Assembly: GCA_964276235.1 (NCBI GenBank)
Contig: CAXYEK010000002.1
Coordinates: forward strand, 2,115 to 66,114
Direction of reading: 5' to 3'
Length of the DNA stretch: 64,000 nucleotides
Origin: an uncultured SAR86 cluster bacterium
GTDB lineage: Bacteria; Pseudomonadota; Gammaproteobacteria; Magnimaribacterales; D2472
Shown here: positions 29,106 through 39,196 of the stretch, one piece after another
Numbering within the stretch: the stretch's first letter is position 1
How the letters are laid out: each line of letters starts with the position of its first letter
Position numbers and translations under genes: made by a program
Notes under the pieces: generated by a model
The model's database searches: none
The model's input: only the letters and a program-made list of their open reading frames with translations
What the model was told of the DNA's origin: nothing

Positions 29106-30578
29106 TTATTGAATATGTTGAGAACATAATTCATATCCATCAGAACCATTGACTGATTCATTTGTAGATGAATTATAACAGTTTACATAAAATGAAGATG
29201 AATCTTTAGATTCTATATATCCCCATTCCCCGTTTCTTAATTGATGATTGTCACCATCAAATAAAAGGTATCTATTATTTATCATGGTCTCCATATTTGG
29301 ATCTAATGCCATCACTTCATTATAAATATCTTCTAATTCATTAGGATCTCTAGAGGAAAATATGCGCTCAAATTCATAATCAAAATATGAGTTATTATCA
29401 TTTTTAATAGTTAGTGAATAACCATTTCCTAAATATTTGCTTATTTCTCTTTTTTTATCGTTTGAAGATACCCTAATTAAATTTTCACCTAAGACAAATG
29501 TACCAATATCAATATGCCTATTGATTCCAGTTTCATTGTCATTTCTAAACTCTAATAACACTTTATTATTTCCAAAAATTGGAGATTTCGTAATCTTCAT
29601 ATCTCTTATCCTGAAGTCTGTATTTGCAAGGAGATTAGTTATATTTAATTCGTACTCATTTCCATCATTGTCGATTAATTTTCCCTGATTGTTAGAAGTG
29701 ACACCATAAAAACCATAAAGATAAAGTTGTTCGTAACCGTCATCTAATTGAACAAGTTCAGTTTGACTAAACAGCGCAAAAGTAATTTCAGAAAATTCTT
29801 CTTTTGAGAGAATTTTTTGAATTAAACTCTGGTCTAGCTGTGTTGTTAAATTGATTTCATATTCGTCTTCTATAATTTTAGATACTGTTGTTGCAGTTTT
29901 TAAAAAATCAACAATTAATTCTGCATATGCTTGAAGCTCCTCATTTCCACTTGCAATAAAATCTTCGTAAAAACTATAAGCACTTATATTAAAATTAGCA
30001 CTTAGTATGCTTAAAGTATTTTCAACCTTGGGTATAACCAAGTTAGCAATAACATTTGCATTTTCACCACAGCCATCTACATCACTTATATTTGATCCAT
30101 CTAGACTGCTTGAAATATAACTTATAAATATTGAAGTTAAAGGTGTAACGTTTGCTCGAGATTCTCCTTGCTCACCACCTCCAGATTGATATGGAAAAAA
30201 GTACATATCATATTCTTCAGAAACGACACCTCTTGATGAGTCTATTGCTCCAACAGGAACTTCTGCAACTCTAGGGCGTCTCTGACTGCAACCTATAGAC
30301 CAATTATCGATAGCGCTAAATTGCGATTCCTCAAAATAATATATTTCATTTTCTGTATCTTCGTAAGCACTTGGCTCATTGAGATCTTGTTTAAGGTTCC
30401 AATTCATGTCAATAAAAACATTTGCACCACTTATATATCCATCAATAACCTTAGTCTTAAATATTTGTTGAGTTGACTGATCATCTGAATCTAAGATACC
30501 TGCAGAACAATTTGATAAAATAGCGCAAGACAAAAAAATATAACTATAAAGAAAATATTTATTAAAAATCAATTTCAT
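29106..30578 (-). CDS. Hypothetical surface lipoprotein
   Basis: Signal peptide with lipobox LSNC; VIDGYISGANVFIDMNWN and ANVTPLTS motifs like those of large exported proteins; Asn/Asp-rich. Confidence 0.65.
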   Translation of the reverse strand: MKLIFNKYFLYSYIFLSCAILSNCSAGILDSDDQSTQQIFKTKVIDGYISGANVFIDMNWNLKQDLNEPSAYEDTENEIYYFEESQFSAIDNWSIGCSQRRPRVAEVPVGAIDSSRGVVSEEYDMYFFPYQSGGGEQGESRANVTPLTSIFISYISSSLDGSNISDVDGCGENANVIANLVIPKVENTLSILSANFNISAYSFYEDFIASGNEELQAYAELIVDFLKTATTVSKIIEDEYEINLTTQLDQSLIQKILSKEEFSEITFALFSQTELVQLDDGYEQLYLYGFYGVTSNNQGKLIDNDGNEYELNITNLLANTDFRIRDMKITKSPIFGNNKVLLEFRNDNETGINRHIDIGTFVLGENLIRVSSNDKKREISKYLGNGYSLTIKNDNNSYFDYEFERIFSSRDPNELEDIYNEVMALDPNMETMINNRYLLFDGDNHQLRNGEWGYIESKDSSSFYVNCYNSSTNESVNGSDGYELCSQHIQ

Positions 30579-30675
30579 AAGACATAGTTTTAATTTTAGA
30601 GTTACTTATAATATAAATCATAAATCCTAATATATGTAGTTAAGTTATATTATATAAAACGAGTTAAATTCAAAT

Positions 30676-31290
30676 ATGATTAAAATTTATGGAACTGAAA
30701 ATTCTAGAGCAATGCGTCCAATATGGACAGCTGAAGAAATGGGCCTAGAGTATGAATTAATTATGATGCCGTTCCCTCCAAGAGTTTTTATGAAAGAATA
30801 TTTAGAAGTAAATATGCTTGGAACCATTCCGTACTTAATTGATGGTGATGTAAAGATGACAGAGTCTGTTGCTATGACACAATATTTAGTCGAAAAATAT
30901 GGACCAACTGACTTAAGAGTGATGCCAGATGAACGAGATTATCCTTCTTATTTAAATTGGCTCTATCATTCTGATGCAACACTGACTTTTCCTCAAACGG
31001 TTGTTCTTCGTTATAAATTTCAAGAGCCCGGTGTGGCTGATGCAGCAATAGAAGGATATAGTCGATGGTTCGTCTCTAGACTAAAATTACTAGAGTCCGC
31101 CTTAGAAGATAAAGAATATTTATGTTCAAATAGATTTACTATTGCTGATATTTGTGTAAGTTATGCTATTAATCTAGCTGGCTCTTTAGGAATTGAACAA
31201 GCTTATAAACCCAATATAAAGAGATGGACGGATATGTTATTTGAAAGAACATCTTTTTTACAAAGTCGAAGTTATAAATATGAAGAATAA
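30676..31290 (+). CDS. Glutathione S-transferase
   Basis: SRAMRPIW, NMLGTIPYL, ESVAMTQYL, FTIADI. Confidence 0.92.
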   Translation: MIKIYGTENSRAMRPIWTAEEMGLEYELIMMPFPPRVFMKEYLEVNMLGTIPYLIDGDVKMTESVAMTQYLVEKYGPTDLRVMPDERDYPSYLNWLYHSDATLTFPQTVVLRYKFQEPGVADAAIEGYSRWFVSRLKLLESALEDKEYLCSNRFTIADICVSYAINLAGSLGIEQAYKPNIKRWTDMLFERTSFLQSRSYKYEE

Positions 31291-32552
31291 AAACAAGTAC
31301 TTATCTTTATTGCTCTTTAGCTTAATATCATTTCCATCTTTAGCAGAAAGTAATAGTCTTACATCTCATCTAGATAGCATCGTTTTAGGCTCTGGCTGTT
31401 TTTGGGGAGCGGAAAAGGGTTATGAATCAATTAATGGTGTCGATACTGCCATATCAGGATATTCTGATGGTTTTGGAATTAAGCCAAGCTATAAAGCTAT
31501 TACGCAATATAAGAATAAATATAATAAAAATAATCATGCAGAAGTAGTAAAAGTAACGTTTAATAGCAGCGTTGTAACCCTTGAGTCTCTTCTTCAACAT
31601 TTTTTTGAATCACATGACCCCACTCAACTTAATCGACAAGGTAATGATATTGGGACCCAATACAGATCTATAATTTTAGTTAAAGACGATCGTCAAAAAG
31701 TAATTGCTCAAAAAGTTTTAGACCAATTTCAAGAACTTCTTATCAACTGAAGGATACGGTTCTATACAAACTACTATCAAGCCGCTTAAAGAATTTTATA
31801 AAGCTGAAAGATATCATCAAGACTATATTGCAAAAAACCCTAACGGCTATTGTCCAGACCATTCTACGGGAGTTGTATTTAATAAGTTAGATATACAAGA
31901 TATTGATAATTCATCTCTTATGGCTGGAAAACAAATTTTAATAATTAACTCAGAAGGGTATTGCCCTTATTGCGAAAAATTTGAAAAAGATGTGGCTAGC
32001 AAGTATCAAGGTACTATTCCATTAGTTGAAAGGACAGCAAATCAACTTAAGCAACTTCAAATAGAAACTCCAACATGGGCCACTCCTACAATTATCTTCA
32101 TCGAAGATGGCAAAGAGGTATTTAGTAAAATGGGATATATGGAACCTATAGATTTTTACAAAGCTCTGGGTTGGTTTAAGTTAGGAAATACTGAAGCTTT
32201 TAATGTTGCTTTTAATGAAGGAACTGATGCTAGGTATTGCAAAGAATATGAGATATTTAAAAATACTCCAGACGGTGTTTTTATTGATAAATTAAGTGGA
32301 ATGCCATTATTTGATACCAAAGATAGATTTGTTTCAAAGTCTGGCTGGCTTTCATTTACAAGGCCTGTTAAAGATTCTGTATACGAATTAGCAGATAATC
32401 GTTACGGAATGAAAAGAACTGAGATTAGATCGAAATCAAGCGATATTCATTTAGGGCATGTATTTGATGATGGCCCAAATGGGATGCCCAGATATTGTAT
32501 TAATGCAACAGTTTTAGAATTTAAGCTAAGAGACGAAATACTTAATATTTAG
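31280..32552 (+). CDS. msrAB: Exported MsrA-thioredoxin-MsrB fusion, interrupted by a single extra base at ~31722-31750
   Basis: Signal peptide; Msr[25 protein letters not shown]. The +1 frame supplies the missing [11 protein letters not shown]...GYC, then Trx CPYC...TPT, then Msr[25 protein letters not shown]. Confidence 0.85.
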
Positions 32553-32590
32553 TATAAATCTAAGTTAATTTTTATAGTTTTTATTAAAAG

Positions 32591-33751
32591 TTATTCGTCA
32601 AAAAGTGAAGTCATTCTTTCATAACCCACTATAAATTCTTCTTTGAATTTTTGAACCGTTTGACCAGCAGTTATGGTTTCATCCACCAAGCCAATCCCCT
32701 GACCAACCCAATAAGTAGCAAGCTCTTTTGCACCTTCATGACCTATCTCAGCTTGCTTATTAACAACAGCTAGAGCAGGCTCACTAATCATAGTTTGAAG
32801 AGGCATTGGTAAGGGCTCTGGTGCACCTTTAGCCTCCCATGCGTCAGTCCACGCAGATTTAAGTTGTCTTGAATGTTTTCCAGTCCTGCTCTTTGATCTC
32901 ACAGTTTGACTTGAGGAAGCTTCAACCATTTTCTTTTTAATTACTTCTGATGTTTCTGCTTCAATTGTTGGTAAAAATACTGAAGCACACCAAACTCCAT
33001 CAGCGCCCATAGCCATAACACCTGCCATTTGCTCTCCAGTTGCTATACCTCCAGCAGCAAGAATTGGAACTTCACCCAGCTCTTTAATAGCTCTCTTTAC
33101 TTCAGGTATTAACACCATTGTAGAAACACTTCCACAATGACCGCCGCCTTCGGTCCCAGAAACAACTAGAATATCTACACCAGCTTGAACTTGCTTGATA
33201 GCATGCTCCTTAGCACCAAGTAGGGCTGCAACTTTAACATTATTTTCTTTACCCATATCAAGCATCCATTTAGGGGGAACCCCTAGAGCATTTGCTATTA
33301 ATTTTATAGGATGAGAAAAAGCAACTTCTAAAAGTTTCTGTGCTCCATCTTGTTTTAAATTTTTACCAAATCTGGAATCAGACGCAAGTTCAACATCTTT
33401 AGCTTCACTTCCACCTCTAAGAGCTTCGCCATCTACTTCATATTGCTTTAGAACATCAGCTCTAAAATCTCTATACTCTTGAGGAATCATATCTCTTAAA
33501 TCTTCTGAAGTTTTATTTGTTCCTTTGCCTTCAAATGTATTTGGAACAAGTAAATCAACCCCATAAGGCATTCCATCAATATGATCATCAATCCATTTTA
33601 AGTCTTGCTCAAGCATTTCAGGAGTATGTCCTACTGCTCCTAAGACTCCCATTCCACCGGCTTTTGAAACAGCAACTACAACATCTCTGCAGTGACTAAA
33701 GGCAACCATTGGGAACTCAATATCAAACATTTCACAAATAGGAGATTTCAT
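32591..33751 (-). CDS. Nitronate monooxygenase / FabK-like FMN oxidoreductase
   Basis: AVSKAGGMGVLG, GTEGGGHCG, ILAAGGIATG, VGQGIGL. Confidence 0.88.
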   Translation of the reverse strand: MKSPICEMFDIEFPMVAFSHCRDVVVAVSKAGGMGVLGAVGHTPEMLEQDLKWIDDHIDGMPYGVDLLVPNTFEGKGTNKTSEDLRDMIPQEYRDFRADVLKQYEVDGEALRGGSEAKDVELASDSRFGKNLKQDGAQKLLEVAFSHPIKLIANALGVPPKWMLDMGKENNVKVAALLGAKEHAIKQVQAGVDILVVSGTEGGGHCGSVSTMVLIPEVKRAIKELGEVPILAAGGIATGEQMAGVMAMGADGVWCASVFLPTIEAETSEVIKKKMVEASSSQTVRSKSRTGKHSRQLKSAWTDAWEAKGAPEPLPMPLQTMISEPALAVVNKQAEIGHEGAKELATYWVGQGIGLVDETITAGQTVQKFKEEFIVGYERMTSLFDE

Positions 33752-33830
33752 TTATTTATTTTTTTAATAATTAACTTAAATACATTCTATAATACTTTTT
33801 ATAATTTTTTAAAATTATTGAGAGATCATA

Positions 33831-34331
33831 GTGACAGAAAAAAAATATAACTTTACCGTTCCCGACATATGCGATGAACACTCAGAAGAAATAAACATAG
33901 GCAACCTTTTTCTAAAATCCTATGGAGGTTTAGATAAGTTTTGTGGAGAAATAAGGACAGCACAATGTGAGCATAGCAATAGTATTGTAAAAGAAATGGT
34001 TCATGAAGATGGAACAGGAAAGGTTCTATTTATTAATCATACAGGCTCTGAACTATGTTCAATGGTAGGAGATCAAATAGCCCAACAAGCTTATAAAAAT
34101 AATTGGAATGGTATTCTTGTTAATGGTTTTATTAGAGATATTGAGTTTATAAAGGAAATTCCTATTGGAGTGTATGCAAAAAATTCATATCCAATGAAAA
34201 CTGATAAATTAGTCGGCGTTGGAGAAAAAAATGTTAATTTTAATATTAATAATCTTGAAATTAATATCGGTGAATGGGTTTATGTTGATCAAAATGGATT
34301 TGTTATTAGTAAAAAAGAACTAATACTTTAG
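33831..34331 (+). CDS. rraA: RraA-family protein (RNase E regulator / HMG aldolase-like)
   Basis: PDICDE, YGG..KFCGEI, MVGDQIA, NGFIRD, YVDQNG; GTG start. Confidence 0.85.
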   Translation: MTEKKYNFTVPDICDEHSEEINIGNLFLKSYGGLDKFCGEIRTAQCEHSNSIVKEMVHEDGTGKVLFINHTGSELCSMVGDQIAQQAYKNNWNGILVNGFIRDIEFIKEIPIGVYAKNSYPMKTDKLVGVGEKNVNFNINNLEINIGEWVYVDQNGFVISKKELIL

Positions 34332-35204
34332 TTTTTCCATTTCTTTATCTTTTTCTTCCCAAATATTTTCTATCCAATTTTTAAAATCAATTCTATATTG
34401 CTCATCATTTGAATAGTTCTTATTCTTTAAATTATTAGGAATAGGGTGACTTTTAACAAGAACTTTTACATCTTTCATTTCCCCACATAAAAAAGCCCAT
34501 GCTCCTCTTTTTTTTGACTTGTATATCAATGAATAATCTACCAATGTATCTATGTTAGGCATTGCAGACAAAGCAGTTGCCATCCCACCAATTCGAGGTT
34601 TAAGAAGATTTTTGTATGGAGATTTTTGTTCCAAGTGTTTCTCTTCAGTATTTCTAGTTCCTTCTGCATAACTAAAAATAGTTGATGGCGCTCTTTGAAA
34701 TCTCTTGCAAGCTTTAAGAGTATTTTCGTAATCTTCAAATCTAAGGTTAGGATTTTTATCTAAATCCTTCTTTGAATGCCTATTAACAAATGGCATATTC
34801 AATGTCTTATTGGCTAAAAATACAAATGGAATCCATATGAGTTCCTTTTTCATAAAGAATTTTAAAAGAGGCAATCTATTATTAGCCACTGCTAATAAAA
34901 TAAAGATATCAGCCCAAGATTGATGATTGGACATCGCCATATACCAAGAGTTTTTTTCAAAATTCTTATCATCAAAAACTTTGATAGAGTCTTGATGCAT
35001 TACATACATTATTTTTTTACATCCATAAACGGTTATATCTCCAAGTTTGTTAGATAATTTTGCAAGATAAATTTTAAGAGAATTAGAAGGAAAAAATGCT
35101 CTAGGTATATTCAATATAGCCAAAAGACCAAAGCCTAAAACAAGATTTGTAATTATTAAAATAAATGTAATTAAGCCTATTATCGAAAACTTTACTATGT
35201 TCAT
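34320..35204 (-). CDS. Lysophospholipid acyltransferase (YihG-like, PlsC family)
   Basis: NHQSWADI, KFFMKKELIWIP, AEGTR, YKNLLKPRIGG, W.EKD. Confidence 0.88.
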   Translation of the reverse strand: MNIVKFSIIGLITFILIITNLVLGFGLLAILNIPRAFFPSNSLKIYLAKLSNKLGDITVYGCKKIMYVMHQDSIKVFDDKNFEKNSWYMAMSNHQSWADIFILLAVANNRLPLLKFFMKKELIWIPFVFLANKTLNMPFVNRHSKKDLDKNPNLRFEDYENTLKACKRFQRAPSTIFSYAEGTRNTEEKHLEQKSPYKNLLKPRIGGMATALSAMPNIDTLVDYSLIYKSKKRGAWAFLCGEMKDVKVLVKSHPIPNNLKNKNYSNDEQYRIDFKNWIENIWEEKDKEMEKLKY

Positions 35205-35219
35205 CTAGAAAAAATCTTA

Positions 35220-36359
35220 CTAAAAGCCACTTAAATTAGCATATCTTTCAGTATGAAATTTAGCACTTCCAAATATTTGCTCAGCTACTCTTGCTCTTTT
35301 TAAGAAGAACCCTACATCGTATTCATCTGTTACGCCTATTCCACCATGCATCTGTATGGCCTCATTAGAGACTAAGTGAAGTGTTTCACCTGCAATAGTC
35401 TTTGCTAGACTGGCTAATCTTTGAAGTTCATTAGAATTCTCATCTGCTCCATGAACTGCAGCCATAACCGAAGACTTAGTCAATTCTAGTTCACAAAACA
35501 TTTCAGCTGCTCTATGTTGAAGAGCTTGAAAAGTTCCTATAAGAACTCCAAACTGTTTTCGTTGCTTAAGATAATCTATCGTTGTTTCAAATGCAGCTTC
35601 AGCATTACCAAGCATTTCTGCAGAGATTGCTATTCTTCCAATATCAAGAATACGTTCAATTGTTTCACCGCCCGATTCAGCATCACCTAAAATATTTTCC
35701 AAAGAAGCTTCAACGTCATTAAAAACAATGTTTGCATAATTTCTACAATCAGCCATATCTAATTTTATTATCTCTAAATCTTTATTTTTACTATCTACTA
35801 TAAAAAGAGTTAAACCTGTATCATCTCCTGAATTTCCAGAAGTTCTGACTAAAACTATTAATACGTCAGCACTAGCGCCATCAACTATAAATTTCTTCTT
35901 ACCATTTAAAATATATTTTTCGCCTTTTAGTTCAGCAGACATTTCAGTTTGAAGTGGATTGTGATGGCTTGACTCATCAACTGCAATAGCAGTAGTTATC
36001 TCGCCGCTAACAATTTTTGGGAGATATTCTTCCTTTTGCTCTTTAGTTCCAAATTGCGTTATTGCATAAGCACCCAATACACCCGTAGCAAAAAGAGGAG
36101 AAGGTGTTAATGTTTTAGCACATTCCTGAAGGACAACACTTATACCAGCTACTCCAAAATCAGATCCGCCAAATTCCTCAGGTATTAAAATACCTGACCA
36201 ACCTAAATCTACCATTTCTTTCCATACATCTTTGTCCCATAGAAGAGAATCATTGGTATCTCTCAGTGATCTAAAATGATTTACAGGGGTTTTTTCTTGT
36301 GCAAAGTCTTTAGCAGTATCTTTAAGAAATTGCTGCTCTTCATTTAATATTAGTTTCAT
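35220..36359 (-). CDS. Acyl-CoA dehydrogenase, small/beta subunit (PimD-like)
   Basis: PEEFGG, RKQFGVLIGTFQALQHR, QMHGGIGVTDE. Confidence 0.9.
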   Translation of the reverse strand: MKLILNEEQQFLKDTAKDFAQEKTPVNHFRSLRDTNDSLLWDKDVWKEMVDLGWSGILIPEEFGGSDFGVAGISVVLQECAKTLTPSPLFATGVLGAYAITQFGTKEQKEEYLPKIVSGEITTAIAVDESSHHNPLQTEMSAELKGEKYILNGKKKFIVDGASADVLIVLVRTSGNSGDDTGLTLFIVDSKNKDLEIIKLDMADCRNYANIVFNDVEASLENILGDAESGGETIERILDIGRIAISAEMLGNAEAAFETTIDYLKQRKQFGVLIGTFQALQHRAAEMFCELELTKSSVMAAVHGADENSNELQRLASLAKTIAGETLHLVSNEAIQMHGGIGVTDEYDVGFFLKRARVAEQIFGSAKFHTERYANLSGF

Positions 36360-36385
36360 TTTTTTTACCTTATTAATATGAGATC

Positions 36386-37576
36386 TTAGCTCGGTAAACC
36401 TAAAACTCTTTTAGAAATAACATTTAGCTGAACTTCTGAAGTTCCACCTTCTAGAGAATTTCCTTTAGTTCTTAACCATGCCCTGGTTAAATCTTTATCT
36501 TCTTGATCAAACTCATCTCCATCCCAAGCAATTCCATCAGTACCCATGGCTGCGACCATCAACTCATGTCTTTTCTTATTATGTTCAGTGCCATAAAGCT
36601 TAAACATAGATGCAGTCGCACTTGCTTTACCGCCCTCGTCACCAGCTCTTTTGAGAGTTAAGCCAAAAGCATGCTCTTTAATTTTATGAGAAGCAATTTC
36701 TGACCTATAAAACCCATTGTTGATTTTTCCATCTTTCTCGCCAAGATGTTTCTTAGCAATAGATATTAAGTCCTTTCCACTTCCCATAGCTGAAGCAAGT
36801 CCAAAATTAGAAATAAAAGCTCTTTCGTGTTGAAGAAGGGCTTTGGCAATAGTCCATCCATTATTAAGTTCACCAATTAAGTTATCTTTAGATGCTTTAA
36901 CATCATCAAAGAATGTTTCACAAAAAGGCGATTTTCCTGAAATTAATGTTATTGGCTTTGTAGAAACACCTTCAGTTTCCATATCAATTAACAAAAAGCT
37001 AATACCATCATGCTTTGGTTCCATAGGACCGGTTCTAACAAGCGCAAAAATCCAATCTGCTTTATCTGCATAAGAAGTCCAAACCTTTTGACCATTTACT
37101 AAAAAATGGTCACCCTTATCTTCAGCTTTTGTTGCCAAACTTGCTAAATCTGATCCCGATCCAGGTTCAGAATATCCCTGACACCACCTAATTTCACCTT
37201 TAATTATTTTTGGTAGATGTTCTTTCTTTTGAGCTTCAGTTCCATATTCTAATAGAACAGGTGCAAGCATCCATATACCAAAACTTAAAAGTGGAGACCT
37301 AGTGCCTATTATAAACATCTCTTCATTTAAAACTTTTACTTCTTCTTTGGACAAACCACCACCACCATATTCTTTTGGAACTGTTGGCATAGTCCAACCT
37401 TTTGAACCCATTCTTTCAAGCCAAACTTTTGAATCTGGATTTTTATATACCGCTTTTCTTCCTCCCCATACTTCGTCTACAGGTATTTCAGGATCAGCTC
37501 CTTTTTTCATGGAAGGAGGGCAATTCTGATCTAACCATTCCTTAACTTCTTGTCTAAAATTGTCTAAGTCACTCAT
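36386..37576 (-). CDS. Acyl-CoA dehydrogenase, large/alpha subunit (PimC-like)
   Basis: WCQGYSEPGSGSDLASL, NGQKVWTS, LQHER, EGGTSEVQLNVI. Confidence 0.9.
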   Translation of the reverse strand: MSDLDNFRQEVKEWLDQNCPPSMKKGADPEIPVDEVWGGRKAVYKNPDSKVWLERMGSKGWTMPTVPKEYGGGGLSKEEVKVLNEEMFIIGTRSPLLSFGIWMLAPVLLEYGTEAQKKEHLPKIIKGEIRWCQGYSEPGSGSDLASLATKAEDKGDHFLVNGQKVWTSYADKADWIFALVRTGPMEPKHDGISFLLIDMETEGVSTKPITLISGKSPFCETFFDDVKASKDNLIGELNNGWTIAKALLQHERAFISNFGLASAMGSGKDLISIAKKHLGEKDGKINNGFYRSEIASHKIKEHAFGLTLKRAGDEGGKASATASMFKLYGTEHNKKRHELMVAAMGTDGIAWDGDEFDQEDKDLTRAWLRTKGNSLEGGTSEVQLNVISKRVLGLPS

Positions 37577-37657
37577 TTAAATTCTCATATATATTAAAAT
37601 TCATAACCATTATAGAGATAAATTTTCTTTTTTCATCTCAAGCAAATTAAAAATTGA

Positions 37658-37693
37658 TTGGGCTCGTTTAATTTCAAAGAGTATAATGCTCGC
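37658..37693 (+). promoter_or_regulatory. Putative sigma70 promoter giving a leaderless nadK transcript
   Basis: TTGGGC(37658)-18 nt-TATAAT(37682-37687)-6 nt-ATG(37694); no SD. Confidence 0.5.
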
Positions 37694-38563
37694 ATGTTTA
37701 AAAATATTGGAATATTTGTTAAAGAGAAAGCTCATCATGGCATTGATGCGACTGCATTAAATGAGCTTGTGATCTCGTTAAGAAAGAGTTCGACCTCTAT
37801 ATTTATAGAAAAGGGCTCAGGTTATAAAAATGAACATCTTGTTGAGCTTAATTATGAGGAATTTGTCTCAAAAATTGATTTAATTATAGTTTTTGGTGGT
37901 GATGGAACTTTACTAAGTTCTGCAAGAAAATACCTAAAAAATGATATACCAATTCTTGGTATTAATATGGGTAATGTTGGTTTTCTTACGGATGTAAAGA
38001 CTACTGATTTTGAATCAATTATAAAAGATATAATTCATGGTGAATTTGAAATTGAAGAAAGAAATTTGGTGAGTGCATCAATTCAAGACCAAACAATTTA
38101 TGGTTTAAATGAAATAGTTATTCATTCTGGAGCCTACGCCAAACTAATGAGATATAGACTGAGCGTGAATGATAAGATCGTTTATGAGCAAAGATCTGAT
38201 GGCTTAATAGTTTCGACACCAACAGGCTCTACCGCTTATGCATTATCAGCTGGTGGACCTATTATTCATCCAAGTCTCGATGTTTGGACCATTCTTCCTA
38301 TGCTGCCGCAAAGTATTTCTGCAAGACCATTCATCATATCCTCAAAAGAGAAAGTTGTAGTAAAGTTAATTGAAGGTCCCTTAGATTCGGCAAAGATATG
38401 CGCAGACGGTCAAGATGATTTCTCAGTTCCATATCTTGAAGATATAACTATTTCAGAAATGCAAAATACTCTTAAGCTTGTCCATCCTAAAAATAATGAT
38501 TTTTTTGAAGCTTGCAGAGAAAAGTTAGGCTGGAGTCTAGATATTTCACAAAACAATAATTAA
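37694..38563 (+). CDS. nadK: NAD kinase
   Basis: GGDGTLL, GINMGNVGFLT, LNE, DGLIVSTPTGSTAYALSAGGP. Confidence 0.95.
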   Translation: MFKNIGIFVKEKAHHGIDATALNELVISLRKSSTSIFIEKGSGYKNEHLVELNYEEFVSKIDLIIVFGGDGTLLSSARKYLKNDIPILGINMGNVGFLTDVKTTDFESIIKDIIHGEFEIEERNLVSASIQDQTIYGLNEIVIHSGAYAKLMRYRLSVNDKIVYEQRSDGLIVSTPTGSTAYALSAGGPIIHPSLDVWTILPMLPQSISARPFIISSKEKVVVKLIEGPLDSAKICADGQDDFSVPYLEDITISEMQNTLKLVHPKNNDFFEACREKLGWSLDISQNNN

Positions 38564-38564
38564 A

Positions 38565-39191
38565 TTGGACATAAAAAATTTTCATATCCCAGTAATTTTT
38601 ATATCTATTGGTATTGCTCTTTTATCAAACTATGGAAGTTTTATATCTCTCATCGAGCCTTTAACTTTCTTAAAATTTGATAGCTCTCTTTTAAGCAGTG
38701 GGTATATAAATTTTTTTTCGTTTAATGATACTTTTTATAGTAGTAATGAATGGTGGAGGTTGGTTACTCCAATGTTTATTCATTTCTCATTCGCTCATCT
38801 AGCTTTTAATTGCTTATGGCTATATGTCTTAGGTTCTAAAATAGAATCCTATGATGGCCATTTATTATTTATTTCTTTATTATTGATTTCTTCCCTAGGC
38901 GCAAATTTAGCCCAATATTCTTTTTCTGGGCCATCATTATTTGGAGGTCTTTCTGGAGTAATTTATGGAATGCTTGGTTTTTGTATGATGATTGAATTTG
39001 AAATTAAACAAGAAAGATATGAATTACCACCAGCAATATATCTGTTTATGCTTGTTTGGTTAATCCTAGGTTTTATAGGTATTTTAGACTTATTTGGATT
39101 TGGAAACGTTGCAAACTTTGCGCATCTTGGTGGACTTATATCAGGAATAATATTTGCTATGATAACCATAACTTATAAAAAAATAATTTAA
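38565..39191 (+). CDS. glpG: Rhomboid intramembrane serine protease (GlpG-like)
   Basis: WWRLVTPMFIHF..HLAFN, GGLSGVIYG, ANFAHLGGL; TTG start. Confidence 0.88.
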   Translation: MDIKNFHIPVIFISIGIALLSNYGSFISLIEPLTFLKFDSSLLSSGYINFFSFNDTFYSSNEWWRLVTPMFIHFSFAHLAFNCLWLYVLGSKIESYDGHLLFISLLLISSLGANLAQYSFSGPSLFGGLSGVIYGMLGFCMMIEFEIKQERYELPPAIYLFMLVWLILGFIGILDLFGFGNVANFAHLGGLISGIIFAMITITYKKII

Positions 39192-39196
39192 TAAAC

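Noticed and set aside
31748-31789. TGA ending the MsrA ORF as a selenocysteine/readthrough codon
   Set aside because: It is not at a catalytic Cys position. In-frame readthrough hits TAA at 31787-31789 after 12 non-homologous codons, and the MsrA homology continues in the +1 frame.
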